From Candidatus Omnitrophota bacterium (GTDB lineage Bacteria > Omnitrophota > Gorgyraeia > 2-01-FULL-45-10), in contig CAIMPC010000016.1 of NCBI GenBank assembly GCA_903843285.1, forward strand, positions 1,075-65,074: DNA of 64,000 nt, written 5' to 3'. Under the pieces are notes generated by a model. That model saw nothing but the letters and a program-made list of their open reading frames with translations. It ran no database searches and was not told where the DNA came from. The position numbers were made by a program, and so were the translations under genes. Below, in pieces: positions 9,457 through 20,768 of the stretch (positions are counted from its first letter, which is position 1; the number at the start of each line of letters is the position of its first letter).

Positions 9457-10101
9457 CTATATTTTATAAAATTTGTTTATGGTTGATACCACTTCCTGAG
9501 GCGTGTCTACCAGGTAGAATAACCCCATCTCTTCCGGATCTATCATGCCGTGCGGTATGAGTGACGTTTTCATCCAATGCATCAGTCCCTTCCAGAAATC
9601 CCTTCCCACGAGGATTATAGGTAGAGGTTCCATGCGCTTAGTCTGAACTAATGTTATTATCTCAAAGAATTCATCCAGAGTCCCGAACCCCCCCGGAAAT
9701 GCCACCATGGCCTTCGAATACTTAGCAAACATTACCTTACGGCAGAAGAAGTACTTAAATTCGAGAGACCTGGTTACATATTTGTTAGGCTTTTGCAGTG
9801 TAGGTATTAAAATATTAAGCCCTATGGAGTCTCCGTGAGCCTTCTTAGCCCCCTTATTTGCAGCCTCCATTACTCCGGGTCCCGCCCCGGTTATTATAGC
9901 ATAACCGTTTTTCACAAGTGTGAATGTCGTCTCTTCGGCCAATTTATAATATTTATTCGTTTTAGCCGATCGCGCGGATCCGAATATCGTTACAGCGTTA
10001 TGGACGTTCGAAAGCTCCTCGAATCCGTCTACGAACTCGCTCATTATGCGGAATATCCGCCATGGATCTTCTTTTGTGAAATCACCTCTTAGCTCTGCCA
10101 T
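9457..10101 (-). CDS. LOG-family (TIGR00730) Rossmann-fold protein
   Basis: TIFGSAR, GAGPGVMEAANKG, PGGFGTLDE motifs. Confidence 0.9.
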   Translation of the reverse strand: MAELRGDFTKEDPWRIFRIMSEFVDGFEELSNVHNAVTIFGSARSAKTNKYYKLAEETTFTLVKNGYAIITGAGPGVMEAANKGAKKAHGDSIGLNILIPTLQKPNKYVTRSLEFKYFFCRKVMFAKYSKAMVAFPGGFGTLDEFFEIITLVQTKRMEPLPIILVGRDFWKGLMHWMKTSLIPHGMIDPEEMGLFYLVDTPQEVVSTINKFYKI

Positions 10102-10525
10102 AAAACTCCTTATTTATTATGTGCTCCCTTTTAAATCCGTTGATAATTCTGTAGGTAAGGAAATATCCGGGCTTCTTTATAGGATTAGTAACTTGGTCTA
10201 TGATCAGATGCTGGGTTAGACCGATCGCAAAAGCCTTCCATATGTTCGACAATGAAAACAGGCATATCAGCACCCATAGCAATGCGATCAATTCATACGA
10301 GTGCAAAATAATATATACCTTTTTAAGCTTAATATCTACGCAAGCGTAATACATGGTTTTAATTTTAAAGGTGAAACCATGGTTTGCATAATAATCTATT
10401 ATGTGGTCAGAGTCGATCAGGATGCCTGAGAGAAACGAAACAACAGCACATCCGAAAGATTTAAAAAATACCCAAACTAGCGCACTTATAAAACCGGAGG
10501 CTATCACATGGCCGAGTGGTAGCAT
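10082..10525 (-). CDS. membrane protein, putative metal-dependent hydrolase
   Basis: GH..DSDH..HS.E..H..D pattern with hydrophobic segments. Confidence 0.6.
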   Translation of the reverse strand: MLPLGHVIASGFISALVWVFFKSFGCAVVSFLSGILIDSDHIIDYYANHGFTFKIKTMYYACVDIKLKKVYIILHSYELIALLWVLICLFSLSNIWKAFAIGLTQHLIIDQVTNPIKKPGYFLTYRIINGFKREHIINKEFYGRAKR

Positions 10526-10545
10526 ATATTTAAGAAACAACCTTT

Positions 10546-11781
10546 CTACAAGCTCAGTATTGAATCGAAGGTGCCATGCTGGTTCTGTTCACGCTCTTTA
10601 TTTATCGAATCAACTACCCACTCACCATCGACTATAAATTTATATTTATATCTTCCATGATCCAGTCCCAAAACCTTCTCCCATCTTCCGTTCTCAAGCC
10701 TCGATAGGCGGCACTCCTTACTAGGCTTCCAACTGTTAAAATCACCTACTATATATACATCTCTTGCCTCTGGAGCTTCTATGTTAAATATAAATTCTAT
10801 ACCAAATGGTTTTTTAATAGGTTCTTCTGTCATTATACTAACGGATTCCGATTGTGATCCGGAGATTTCGGGGATTCCTATTGAAAAATCGGAAGCTGTA
10901 AGGGTTGTCTCTATAGCCTCAAAAGCATTTGGGCGGAAACCTGATGCCGGAAGGATGGTTTCCGCGGGAACCGCGGGGGCTGTCTCGGAATTAAATACCT
11001 TCTCAAATTCTGAGGTATCATCAGCCTTTAGCAGCTCCTGAGACAGGGCTATATAATCTTTCGCACCTATAGAATCCTTATTATAGTGGGTGACGCATAC
11101 ACCCTTAGCCGCAGCTTTTTTAAGGTCGACATTCATTCTTATAGTCGTTGTCAATAGCTGATCCTTAAAAAATGCATGTATTTCATCATACATATATTGG
11201 GAATATTTAGTTCTTTTGTCATACAAAGTGGCGAGAGCATTTACCTGTGGTGCGTGAAAAATCTTTATCTTTATGAGTTCGAGCATTCCTAATAATTTTC
11301 CTACTCCCATGAGAGAGAATGCGCTCATGTCGATCGGAACTATGACCTGGTCTGATGCGCGTAAGGCGTTGAATGTCAGGAATCCGAGGTTTGGCGGACA
11401 ATCTATGATTACGTAGTCATAGACGATTCGACTCATGTCCAAGGCAAGGTGTAGCTTCGAAATAGCATCCTCCTTGTCCTTAAGCTCCTGTTCTATAGTG
11501 CTGAGCAATATATTTGAAGGGATGATATCGAGGTTTACCATGACGCTTACTATGCATTGATTAATGGGTCGGTTTTTATCCGGGTCATCAGTTAAAACAT
11601 TATATATTGACCCGTCCATACTGATATTCGATCTGTTCAGCCCGAAGCTGGCATGTGCCTGCGGATCGAGGTCAATCACCAGTGTCTTTTTACCCGCCTC
11701 AGCCAGAGCTCCGGCAAGATTTATGGCAGTGGTGGTTTTACCGCATCCACCCTTCTGATTTGTTATAGCTATCTTTTTCAT
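10546..11781 (-). CDS. ParA/Soj-family ATPase fused to C-terminal AMPK-beta-type CBM48 glycogen-binding domain
   Basis: KGGCGKTT, DLDPQ, IIDCPP motifs; acidic/Pro linker; VYIVGDFNSW..GRW..GRYKYKFIVDGEW. Confidence 0.88.
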   Translation of the reverse strand: MKKIAITNQKGGCGKTTTAINLAGALAEAGKKTLVIDLDPQAHASFGLNRSNISMDGSIYNVLTDDPDKNRPINQCIVSVMVNLDIIPSNILLSTIEQELKDKEDAISKLHLALDMSRIVYDYVIIDCPPNLGFLTFNALRASDQVIVPIDMSAFSLMGVGKLLGMLELIKIKIFHAPQVNALATLYDKRTKYSQYMYDEIHAFFKDQLLTTTIRMNVDLKKAAAKGVCVTHYNKDSIGAKDYIALSQELLKADDTSEFEKVFNSETAPAVPAETILPASGFRPNAFEAIETTLTASDFSIGIPEISGSQSESVSIMTEEPIKKPFGIEFIFNIEAPEARDVYIVGDFNSWKPSKECRLSRLENGRWEKVLGLDHGRYKYKFIVDGEWVVDSINKEREQNQHGTFDSILSL

Positions 11782-11827
11782 TAGCAACCACTCCTTATTT
11801 ATGAGACGGTTTGAATAAAAAGACGCT

Positions 11828-12622
11828 CTACAAGTGCCTTCTGGCGTAACTTACACCATTTTCGAATATAGCGAATCCGTCGCCGGTAGACTCCTTTTTA
11901 TACCTTCGGGTCCAGTTTGGGTGTTGATAATAGCTGATATGTCTTTCCGGGTGAGGCATAAGACCGAAGATACGGCCTGTAAGATCGCAGATTCCGGCTA
12001 TATTTTCTATGGATCCGCTGGGACAATGCGGATAGCCGGCCTTGTTCCCTTTTTGGTCCACATACTCAAAGACCACCAGTTTTTTTTCTTTCATTATATT
12101 TAAAATATTCTTATCTTTCGGAATAAACTTACCTTCGCCATGTGCGACAGGCAATTCTATTATCTTTTTAATATCTTTAGTCCATATACATCCGGATTCG
12201 ACATTCTTTAGATACACCCAGCGATCCTCAAACTTATCAGAATCGTTAAGAGTTAAGGTCGATTCTACAGTCTGGCCATCGCCTTTAAGATTAGGCAATA
12301 GACCCGCTTTTACCAGAACCTGAAAACCGTTACATATTCCTATGATGAGTTTACCATCTTTTATGAATTTGTGAATAGCTCCCGCAATTTTATACTTCAA
12401 TTCATTGGCCAGTATCTTGCCGCTGGCAATATCATCGCCGTAAGTAAAACCACCCGGAATCGCCATTATATGGTAATTATCCAGGTTCTTCTCTTTTCGA
12501 GTCAGCTCATTAATATGGACAAATTCGGGCTTTGCCCCTGCCTTCTCGAAAGCAAATGCCGTCTCCCTATCGCAGTTTGTCCCCGCCGTTCTTATGACTA
12601 TTACCTTGACGTTAGCCATCAC
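11828..12622 (-). CDS. purQ: FGAM synthase glutaminase subunit
   Basis: GTNCD, PGGFTYGD, GICNGFQ, MPHPER motifs. Confidence 0.95.
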   Translation of the reverse strand: MMANVKVIVIRTAGTNCDRETAFAFEKAGAKPEFVHINELTRKEKNLDNYHIMAIPGGFTYGDDIASGKILANELKYKIAGAIHKFIKDGKLIIGICNGFQVLVKAGLLPNLKGDGQTVESTLTLNDSDKFEDRWVYLKNVESGCIWTKDIKKIIELPVAHGEGKFIPKDKNILNIMKEKKLVVFEYVDQKGNKAGYPHCPSGSIENIAGICDLTGRIFGLMPHPERHISYYQHPNWTRRYKKESTGDGFAIFENGVSYARRHL

Positions 12623-15477
12623 ATATCCTTAAACGGCTGCTGCCATGCGGCCTTGAGTTCGTCCGTATCCGATTTAATAATAGCCTTACCTGTGAAGTCA
12701 TATATAATAAAAGTATTATCCTTTCGTACTTCGCCCAGCTTCCATACACTATGACCCTTCATTGCCTTAGTAAATTTATCGTCATCCGAGACCTCTACGA
12801 TAAATCTGGTATTGGACTCTGAAAATAATTGAACATCATTTAGAAGCAGTTCCTGTCCTACCGGCATGGCATATGGATCGAGGCGTATATTCATACCGAG
12901 TCCGCCCGCAAAGGACATCTCAGCCAGCGCCACCGCCATACCGCCGTCAGAACAATCATGGCATGAGACCACAAGCCTTCTATTTATTGCCGCGAATAGA
13001 GAGTTCATTAGCTTCCTGCCGTTTACAGGATCAACCCTGGGAACATCGTTACCGATACCTCCGAGGATCTTGTAATATTGAGAACCACCCAGCTCATTAA
13101 ATGTAAGGCCGACTATGTAGACAGAATTGCCGGGGACCTTAGCATCCATGGTTATGGCCTTCGATGTGTCATCCATAATGGATATGGCCGATATTAGAAG
13201 CGTTGGAGGTATCGAGATGGTATCTTTACCGGTAGAGTATTCATTGTTCAGGCTGTCCTTGCCTGAAATAAAAGGAACGCCATAGGCCTTCGCAATATCG
13301 TAACAAGCGTAAGATGCCCTCACCAGTCCGCCTAATCTGTCAGGCTTATTGGTATTGCCCCAGCAGAAATTATCCAATATAGCGGTCTTATTAATGTCTC
13401 CTCCGACTGAGACTATCTGTCTTAGCGCTTCATCTATGGCGCTGGCCGCCATCCAATAAGGATCTATTTTTCCAAAGTCGGGATTTATACCACAGCCTAA
13501 TATTATACCCTTCTTAGAGCCGAAGACAGGCCTGGTCACGCATGCGTCGCCGGGTCCCTGATTAGGACCCTGGAGAGGCTTCAGGACGCTTCCGCCCTGA
13601 ACTTCGTGGTCATACTGTCGAATTATCCATTCTTTACTGGCTATATTCAGGCTCGAGAGCAGGTTACACAGATCCGGGGACAGATCATTTTTTATATTAC
13701 GCGGAGGATCTTTAAAATCAGGTTTATTCCATACGGCTTTACGCTTGACGGGAGGCAGGCCGTCGTGCAGAAACTTCATATCTATATCCGCCACCTGAGT
13801 TCCATCGTAGAATAGCTTAAGTTTTTTTGTGTTGGTAAACGTGCCGATAACGGTGGCTTCGACATCCTCACGCTCAAATACGGCTTTGAGTTTATCGATC
13901 TTCTTAGGATCTACCGATAATACCATTCTCTCCTGAGCCTCCGATATCCATACCTCGGTGTAGCTAAGCCCCTTATACTTAACAGGAATTGTCTCCAGAT
14001 AGACTTCAGCGCCCATATTTTCGGCCATCTCACCTACAGCGCTTGAGAGTCCTCCTGCGCCGCAGTCGGTTATGGATGTGTAGAGAGCCAGGTCTCTCGC
14101 CTGAATAACGGTGTCGGAGACTTTCTTTTCCTGAATGGGATTGCCTATCTGGACCGCAGAGCCGGATACGTTCTCCGATTCATACGTAAGCTCACCGGAT
14201 GAGAAAGTAGCGCCATGAATTCCATCACGCCCTGTTCGGCCGCCTACTACAACTATAAGGTCTCCCGGTCGAACAGCTTTGGCGCACTTATTTTTAGGCA
14301 TTATTCCGACGTTACCGCAGAATACCAGAGGATTACCTACGAAATTTTCATCAAACAGGACTGCGCCGTTAGAAGTGGGTATACCCATCCTATTACCATA
14401 ATCTCTCACTCCCGATACGACGCCTTTCATTATCCTCTTAGGATGCAATGTTCCCTTAGGTAATTTATTGTACGGATAGTCAGGGTACCCGAAACAGAAG
14501 ACATTAGTATTGATTATAGGTTTGGCTCCCAGTCCGGTGCCGAGGGGATCGCGTATGACACCACCCATGCCGGTGCCGGCTCCTCCGTAAGGCTCGAGGG
14601 CGGATGGATGGTTATGCGTTTCGACTTTAAAGCATATATTATTCTTCTCATCAAACCTGATCACGCCTGAATTGTCCTTAAAAACAGAAACGCACCATGA
14701 CTTATTAAGTTCATCGGTAACCTTCATTACAGTATTTTTTAGCAAATTATCTATTATTTTGCCTTCATATTCGATCAGGCCCCTGAATGTCTTATGCTTA
14801 CAGTGTTCGCTCCACGTCTGGGCTATCGTCTCGAGCTCGCAATCGGTAGGGTTCCTGCGGAGCCTTTTAAAGTAGTTTTTTATCGTTCGCATTTCGTCGA
14901 GGCTTAAAAATAGCTGGCCTTCTTTCGACAGTTTCTTAAGTTTAACGTCGCTGGCTTTTAATATATCGATGTGCTTTAATGTGAAATGATATGGTGAGCC
15001 TTCAGGCTGGATGGTGGATTTACCCTTAACCGCGTGCTGGATAACTTTATTATAAAGGATCTTCTCGGCTATCTGATGGATTTGGCTGTAGGATATATTG
15101 CCCTTTATCAGATATTTTTTCGCGGTCTTCAATGCACGTGCGCCGCAGACGCCAAGATCTTTTATAGCTTTCTTAGCGCTCTCCTCTACGGGATCCATTA
15201 CGCCGGCATTATATGCGACCTCAACGCACTTATATAGTTTTTCATTCAGGACGCTGCCGCGATAATTATACTTTTGAGTGATCGGATCGACCAGAAGATT
15301 CTCGCAAATTTTCTTTATGTTATATTCGTCTATATCGCCGTCGAGCAAATAGACCTGGACGGTTCTGACTTCCTTAATCTTCCCACCGAACCCTAGGCTA
15401 TCGATATCGTGCTTTACGTTTGCGCCAAGGGCATCATAAAAACCATCTTTTTCAACTACTTCAACTCGCCAGATCAT
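12619..15477 (-). CDS. purL: FGAM synthase PurL with N-terminal tandem PurS-like repeats
   Basis: WSEHCKHK, KVETHNHPS, DCGAGG, SEAQERM motifs. Confidence 0.95.
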   Translation of the reverse strand: MIWRVEVVEKDGFYDALGANVKHDIDSLGFGGKIKEVRTVQVYLLDGDIDEYNIKKICENLLVDPITQKYNYRGSVLNEKLYKCVEVAYNAGVMDPVEESAKKAIKDLGVCGARALKTAKKYLIKGNISYSQIHQIAEKILYNKVIQHAVKGKSTIQPEGSPYHFTLKHIDILKASDVKLKKLSKEGQLFLSLDEMRTIKNYFKRLRRNPTDCELETIAQTWSEHCKHKTFRGLIEYEGKIIDNLLKNTVMKVTDELNKSWCVSVFKDNSGVIRFDEKNNICFKVETHNHPSALEPYGGAGTGMGGVIRDPLGTGLGAKPIINTNVFCFGYPDYPYNKLPKGTLHPKRIMKGVVSGVRDYGNRMGIPTSNGAVLFDENFVGNPLVFCGNVGIMPKNKCAKAVRPGDLIVVVGGRTGRDGIHGATFSSGELTYESENVSGSAVQIGNPIQEKKVSDTVIQARDLALYTSITDCGAGGLSSAVGEMAENMGAEVYLETIPVKYKGLSYTEVWISEAQERMVLSVDPKKIDKLKAVFEREDVEATVIGTFTNTKKLKLFYDGTQVADIDMKFLHDGLPPVKRKAVWNKPDFKDPPRNIKNDLSPDLCNLLSSLNIASKEWIIRQYDHEVQGGSVLKPLQGPNQGPGDACVTRPVFGSKKGIILGCGINPDFGKIDPYWMAASAIDEALRQIVSVGGDINKTAILDNFCWGNTNKPDRLGGLVRASYACYDIAKAYGVPFISGKDSLNNEYSTGKDTISIPPTLLISAISIMDDTSKAITMDAKVPGNSVYIVGLTFNELGGSQYYKILGGIGNDVPRVDPVNGRKLMNSLFAAINRRLVVSCHDCSDGGMAVALAEMSFAGGLGMNIRLDPYAMPVGQELLLNDVQLFSESNTRFIVEVSDDDKFTKAMKGHSVWKLGEVRKDNTFIIYDFTGKAIIKSDTDELKAAWQQPFKDM

Positions 15478-17019
15478 TTACTCCCACTCTATGGTTGATG
15501 GCGGCTTAGAGCTTATGTCGTAAGCCACCCTGTTAACACCTTTAACCTCGTTAATAATTCTATTTGAAATTTTAGCGAGCACATCATAGGGTATCCATGC
15601 CCAGTCGGCGGTCATACCGTCCACAGATGTCACGGCTCTTATCGCAGCGACGTTTTCGTAAGTACGTTCATCACCCATAACACCTACGGATTTTATCGGA
15701 AGTAGTACGGCGAATGCCTGCCAAATCTTATCGTAAAGGTTTTCGCGTTTCAGCGTATTTATAAATCTATCGTCTACCTCACGCAGTATATCGCAGCGTT
15801 CTTTGGTTACGTCGCCAAGAATTCTTACTGCAAGGCCCGGGCCCGGAAACGGATGGCGGCCAAGGACCTCCTGGGGCATCTTCAGCTCCCTACCCACCTT
15901 CCTTACCTCATCTTTAAATAGATATTTTAAAGGCTCAATCAGTTTAAGCTTCATCTTTTTAGGCAGGCCGCCGACGTTATGATGTGTCTTAATAGTAGCG
16001 CTTGGACCGCCAAATGCCGACTTGGACTCTATTAAATCCGGATATAGTGTTCCCTGGGCGAGATATTTTACATTGCCGATAGACTTTGCCTCTCGGTCAA
16101 ATACTTTAATGAACGTTCTTCCTATTATCTTTCTCTTTTTCTCAGGCTCTGTCACTCCGCGCAGATTTGTCAGGAATTCTTCGGAAGCGTCAACACAGCG
16201 CAGGTTCAATTTAAAATGCTTCCGGAATATCTCTTTTACGAGGACAGCCTCATCTTTACGTAATAAGCCGTTATCTACAAATATGCAAACGAGCTTATGG
16301 CCGATCGCTTTATTTATCAGTATTGCGGCTACCGAGGAATCCACTCCTCCCGATAGCCCGAGAATGACTTTGTCGTGTCCGACCGTACTGCGTATATCCG
16401 AAACAGTCTCTGTGATGAAGGATTTCATCGACCAGTCGGCGCGGCAACGGCATATCAATTTTACAAAGTTTTTTATTAGCGTCTTACCTGCCTGCGTATG
16501 CTCGACCTCGGGATGGAATTGGACGCCGAAGAAGTTGCGATTGAAATCTGCGAAGGCCGCAATAGAAGTATTGGCACTCTTTGCGATACGAATAAAACCT
16601 TTGGGCATCCGTCTCACTTTATCACCATGACTCATCCACGATATGCTGGTCTTAGGGACATCTTTAAAGAGAAGCTTATGGTTGGTTACGTTAAGACTCG
16701 CGCGGCCGTATTCTCTGCGATGTGATTTGGCGACGTCGCCGCCCAGCATTTTAGATATTAACTGCATTCCATAGCATATGCCAAGGATCGGGATGCCAAG
16801 GGAAAAGAGCCTTCTGTCGCATTGAGGAGCGCCTTTTGAATATACGCTTGCGGGGCCTCCCGAGAATATTATTCCCTTAACCTCTTTAGGATCTATCGAT
16901 TCGATAGAAAAATCGGGGGGCAGTATTTCGCAGAACACATTCAGCTCTCTCACTTTTCGGGCGATGAGCTGATTATATTGCGATCCGAAATCTATTATGA
17001 GTATCTTTTCTCTCGACAT
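15478..17019 (-). CDS. guaA: GMP synthase
   Basis: [22 protein letters not shown] motifs; start at ATG 17019. Confidence 0.97.
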   Translation of the reverse strand: MSREKILIIDFGSQYNQLIARKVRELNVFCEILPPDFSIESIDPKEVKGIIFSGGPASVYSKGAPQCDRRLFSLGIPILGICYGMQLISKMLGGDVAKSHRREYGRASLNVTNHKLLFKDVPKTSISWMSHGDKVRRMPKGFIRIAKSANTSIAAFADFNRNFFGVQFHPEVEHTQAGKTLIKNFVKLICRCRADWSMKSFITETVSDIRSTVGHDKVILGLSGGVDSSVAAILINKAIGHKLVCIFVDNGLLRKDEAVLVKEIFRKHFKLNLRCVDASEEFLTNLRGVTEPEKKRKIIGRTFIKVFDREAKSIGNVKYLAQGTLYPDLIESKSAFGGPSATIKTHHNVGGLPKKMKLKLIEPLKYLFKDEVRKVGRELKMPQEVLGRHPFPGPGLAVRILGDVTKERCDILREVDDRFINTLKRENLYDKIWQAFAVLLPIKSVGVMGDERTYENVAAIRAVTSVDGMTADWAWIPYDVLAKISNRIINEVKGVNRVAYDISSKPPSTIEWE

Positions 17020-17020
17020 T

Positions 17021-18427
17021 TTATGCTTTCTTAATCCCCATACAGCGGGTTTTCTCAAGTGCTTTCTTCGAAGGAGGCTTGCATATAGATGTCGGATATT
17101 TTCCGGTAAAGCAGGCCGTGCAAAATTCCTCCTTAGGAAGCAGCATAGAGTTTAGCATACCGTCTAAACTCAGAAACTTTAAACTATCTACGCCGATGAA
17201 TTCCCTCATCTCTTCGACAGAATGGCTCGAGGCTATCAGCTCTTTCTTAGTCGGGAAATCTATGCCGTAAAAGCAGGGTGAGATGAGCGGTGGACAACTA
17301 ACTCTCATGTGGATCTCTTTCGCGCCTGCTGCGCGAAGCGCCCTGACCCTTCCCCGCGACGTAGTGCCCCGGACTATTGAATCCTCCACAATGATTATTC
17401 TCTTACCTTTCAGCGCATCTCTGACAGGGTTTAATTTAACCTTTACTTTAAAGTCTCTTATGAATTGACTTGGCTGAATGAATGTCCGACCGATATAGTG
17501 ATTTCTGACGAAAGCTATTTCCAGCGGTAGCTTTGACTCCTCTGCGAATCCGAGAGCCGCGCATGTGCCTGAATCAGGAATCGGCATTACCATGTCAGCG
17601 TCCGCCGGATGCTCTTTAGCGAGGGTATGTCCCAGGTTCTTCCTGGCCAGATATACACTCTGGGTGAATATATTGGAGTCAGGGCGGGAAAAATATATAT
17701 ACTCAAAGATGCAGAACGCGTGAGGCTTAGGCTCTGCGAGCTTCTGCGACCTCAGGCCATTTTTATCGATTATTACGATCTCCCCCGGCTCAACATCTCT
17801 GATATAGGTTGCTTCCAGCATATCCAGAGCGCACGTCTCGCTCGCCACTATATATGCGTCTCCAAGCTTTCCTATGCAGAGCGGCCTGAATCCATGGGGA
17901 TCGCGCATCGCATATATAGCATCGTTTATCATTATGACGAATGAGAATGCGCCTTCGAGACGGCTCATTATCGGTAAAAGTTTACCGGAATAATTATTTT
18001 GATGGTCTTTGACCAGGAAATGCAAAATCAATTCAGAGTCCATGGTCGTCTGCAGGATCGAGCCCGAATCTTCCAGCTCGTTTCTTAATTGAACTGAATT
18101 TGTAAGATTGCCGTTATGGGCTACGGCTATAAAGCCCTTTTTATGATTAATGAGGAGCGGCTGGACATTCTTTGCCGTCGAGGATCCGGTAGTGGAATAC
18201 CTGACATGGCCTATCGCAAGAGATCCTTTCAGCTTCTTCAAATTCTCCTCCTTAAATACGTTTCCGACCAGTCCCTGTCCTTTATGCTGAAATATCTTCT
18301 TTCCGTCGAAACTTACTATGCCGGTAGATTCTTCACCTCTATGCTGCAATGCATATAACGCCAGATATACCAGACCTGCCGCATTCTTATGACCGTAAAT
18401 CCCTACTACACCGCAATATTCTTTCAT
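17021..18427 (-). CDS. purF: amidophosphoribosyltransferase
   Basis: CGVVG N-terminus, [19 protein letters not shown] motifs. Confidence 0.97.
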   Translation of the reverse strand: MKEYCGVVGIYGHKNAAGLVYLALYALQHRGEESTGIVSFDGKKIFQHKGQGLVGNVFKEENLKKLKGSLAIGHVRYSTTGSSTAKNVQPLLINHKKGFIAVAHNGNLTNSVQLRNELEDSGSILQTTMDSELILHFLVKDHQNNYSGKLLPIMSRLEGAFSFVIMINDAIYAMRDPHGFRPLCIGKLGDAYIVASETCALDMLEATYIRDVEPGEIVIIDKNGLRSQKLAEPKPHAFCIFEYIYFSRPDSNIFTQSVYLARKNLGHTLAKEHPADADMVMPIPDSGTCAALGFAEESKLPLEIAFVRNHYIGRTFIQPSQFIRDFKVKVKLNPVRDALKGKRIIIVEDSIVRGTTSRGRVRALRAAGAKEIHMRVSCPPLISPCFYGIDFPTKKELIASSHSVEEMREFIGVDSLKFLSLDGMLNSMLLPKEEFCTACFTGKYPTSICKPPSKKALEKTRCMGIKKA

Positions 18428-20007
18428 TATGATTTAAGCTCTCTATGGTATTCCTGCAGACTTTTAACGGAAATAACCGGTTTTTTAATCATATGCTCTA
18501 TTCCATTTACCGAAGCCTGCGCTCCGGAAATGGTCGTGATCAGTGGAATATTATACAAAGTAGCATGTGAGCGGATCTTTACTTCATCCCCTTTTGTTGC
18601 TTTACCCGAAGGCGTATTTATGATCAAATGCACCTTACGGTCTTTTATCAGATCGAGGATGTTAGGACGGGCTTCATTCAGTTTCGGCAGAACCTGTACG
18701 TCGATATCATTACTTTTAAGCGCATCCGCAGTTCCTGATGTCGCCATTATGTTGAAGCCTAAATCAGCCAATTTCTTCGCTACGAATATGGTATTGCGCT
18801 TATCTTGATTCTTAACACTGATAAAGACGTTACCTTTCGTCGGAAGCTTTTGCCCTGCCGCTATTTGACTTTTGGCGTACGCGGCACCGAACGTTGTGTC
18901 GATACCCATGACCTCACCCGTGGATTTCATTTCGGGTCCAAGTATAGCATCGACTCCCGGAAATTTTGCAAATGGAAACACGGACTCCTTCACCGCGACA
19001 CATCCAACCTTCTTCTCTTTGGTGAAACCGAGGTCTTTAAGGCTTTTACCTAACATGATCTTCGTCGCAAGCTTGGCCAGAGGTAAACCTATGGCTTTAC
19101 TTACGAACGGTATCGTCCTTGAGGCCCTGGGGTTTACTTCGAGCACGTAGACTATATTATTTTTAACCGCGTATTGTACGTTCATCAGGCCTTTGACTTT
19201 CAGTTCTATAGCCATTGCGTACGTATTTTTCCTTATAACCTCGAGGGTGTCTTTGCCGAGAGTATGAGGCGGGATGACCATCGCGCTGTCACCCGAATGT
19301 ATTCCCGCCTCTTCTATGTGCTCAAGTATGCCGCCGATTACACAAATTTCCCCATCGGCGATCGCGTCGACATCGACTTCGATAGCATCCTCGAGAAATT
19401 TATCGACCAGTATAGGGCGCTCCGGAGATGCCTCGACGGCTTTGGCCATGTAGTCGGAAAGGCTCTTCTCGTCATATACTATCTCCATAGCGCGGCCGCC
19501 CAAAACGAACGAAGGACGCACGACGACCGGATAGCCTATCCTGGTCGCAATTTCACGCGCATCATCGAAGGATGTAGCGGTGCCATTATCAGGCTGAACG
19601 AGCTTCAGTTTCTTCAGCATCTGTTGGAATAACTTCCGGTCCTCCGCGATATTTATGGATTCGGGACTGGTCCCGAGTATCTTTAGCCCGCATTCGGATA
19701 GTGAGCTTGAAATATTAAGAGGCGTCTGTCCACCGAACTGCACTATCGCACCGATAGGATTTTCGACATCAACTATATTCATCACATCCTCTACGGTCAA
19801 AGGCTCAAAATAGAGCCTGTCGGAAGTGTCATAATCTGTCGATACAGTTTCGGGATTACAGTTGACCATTATGCTCTCATAGCCCTCATCGCGAATCGCA
19901 TAAGACGCATGGCAACAACAGTAATCAAACTCGATTCCCTGCCCTATACGATTAGGGCCGCCGCCTAGTATCATTACTTTTTTGGAATCTTTTTGCAGTT
20001 GTTTCAT
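18427..20007 (-). CDS. carB: carbamoyl-phosphate synthase large subunit, C-terminal half
   Basis: starts at GGGPNRIGQGIEFDY; second ATP-grasp plus MGS domain. Confidence 0.93.
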   Translation of the reverse strand: MKQLQKDSKKVMILGGGPNRIGQGIEFDYCCCHASYAIRDEGYESIMVNCNPETVSTDYDTSDRLYFEPLTVEDVMNIVDVENPIGAIVQFGGQTPLNISSSLSECGLKILGTSPESINIAEDRKLFQQMLKKLKLVQPDNGTATSFDDAREIATRIGYPVVVRPSFVLGGRAMEIVYDEKSLSDYMAKAVEASPERPILVDKFLEDAIEVDVDAIADGEICVIGGILEHIEEAGIHSGDSAMVIPPHTLGKDTLEVIRKNTYAMAIELKVKGLMNVQYAVKNNIVYVLEVNPRASRTIPFVSKAIGLPLAKLATKIMLGKSLKDLGFTKEKKVGCVAVKESVFPFAKFPGVDAILGPEMKSTGEVMGIDTTFGAAYAKSQIAAGQKLPTKGNVFISVKNQDKRNTIFVAKKLADLGFNIMATSGTADALKSNDIDVQVLPKLNEARPNILDLIKDRKVHLIINTPSGKATKGDEVKIRSHATLYNIPLITTISGAQASVNGIEHMIKKPVISVKSLQEYHRELKS

Positions 20008-20282
20008 TTTATGACTTCGACGTTAGTTTTTAAGCTTTTCCTAAAGTCTTCATTAGCCATTTTAAAAATTTTCGGGTCTGATTCCCAATCTTTATACTGT
20101 GGATGGCCCTTGACCCATTCCTCGAAAAGCGCCCAACGAAAATTAGCCGCTGTCACATCGTTCCTGTCAAATCCGCTCACGCGTGTCTTTTTAACCGTCG
20201 AGTGAGTTAGAAGGATAAGGATAACACATGCTGCGACCATGGTTACAGCTATTACAACGACTATTTTCGAGTTCCTATTCAC
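20004..20282 (-). CDS. small membrane-anchored hypothetical protein
   Basis: N-terminal TM helix; overlaps both neighbouring genes. Confidence 0.6.
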   Translation of the reverse strand: MNRNSKIVVVIAVTMVAACVILILLTHSTVKKTRVSGFDRNDVTAANFRWALFEEWVKGHPQYKDWESDPKIFKMANEDFRKSLKTNVEVIK

Positions 20283-20736
20283 GGGGATCCTCCTTATTCG
20301 ATTTATCTACAACCTTACCCTCAACATCGATTACATTATCATAATTTTTAGATAACGGTGCTTCAGTAAAAGATGTATTTACCTTAAAGCTGACTTTTGG
20401 CGCGAATATCATATTTAGTATGAAGCTTAGAAAGCTGAATAATAGGGCTGCGCAGAATGCACTCCAGAAACTTGCCACAGAAAAACCCGCCACAAACTTT
20501 GATGCGAGATAAAACATGAACGCATTTATTATTAGGGTGAGTAATCCAAGCGAAAGGATATTCAACGGTAATGTAAGTAGCATAAGGACAGGCTTAAGGA
20601 ATGCGTTCAGAAGCCCGATGATGAGAGCTGCTATGATTACGACATTCGAATTGGCTGCGCTGACGCCTGCAATTGTATGTATAACTACGAAGAGGGCTAT
20701 GATATTCACTAGCCATCTTACGAAAAATGATAACAA
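20275..20736 (-). CDS. 4-TMS holin-like (YvlD) membrane protein
   Basis: GLLNAFLKPVL.LLTLPLNILSLGL motif; TTG start behind GGGGAG. Confidence 0.8.
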   Translation of the reverse strand: MLSFFVRWLVNIIALFVVIHTIAGVSAANSNVVIIAALIIGLLNAFLKPVLMLLTLPLNILSLGLLTLIINAFMFYLASKFVAGFSVASFWSAFCAALLFSFLSFILNMIFAPKVSFKVNTSFTEAPLSKNYDNVIDVEGKVVDKSNKEDPRE

Positions 20737-20768
20737 TTTACTACTCCCCTTCACGACTTTACATTTAC

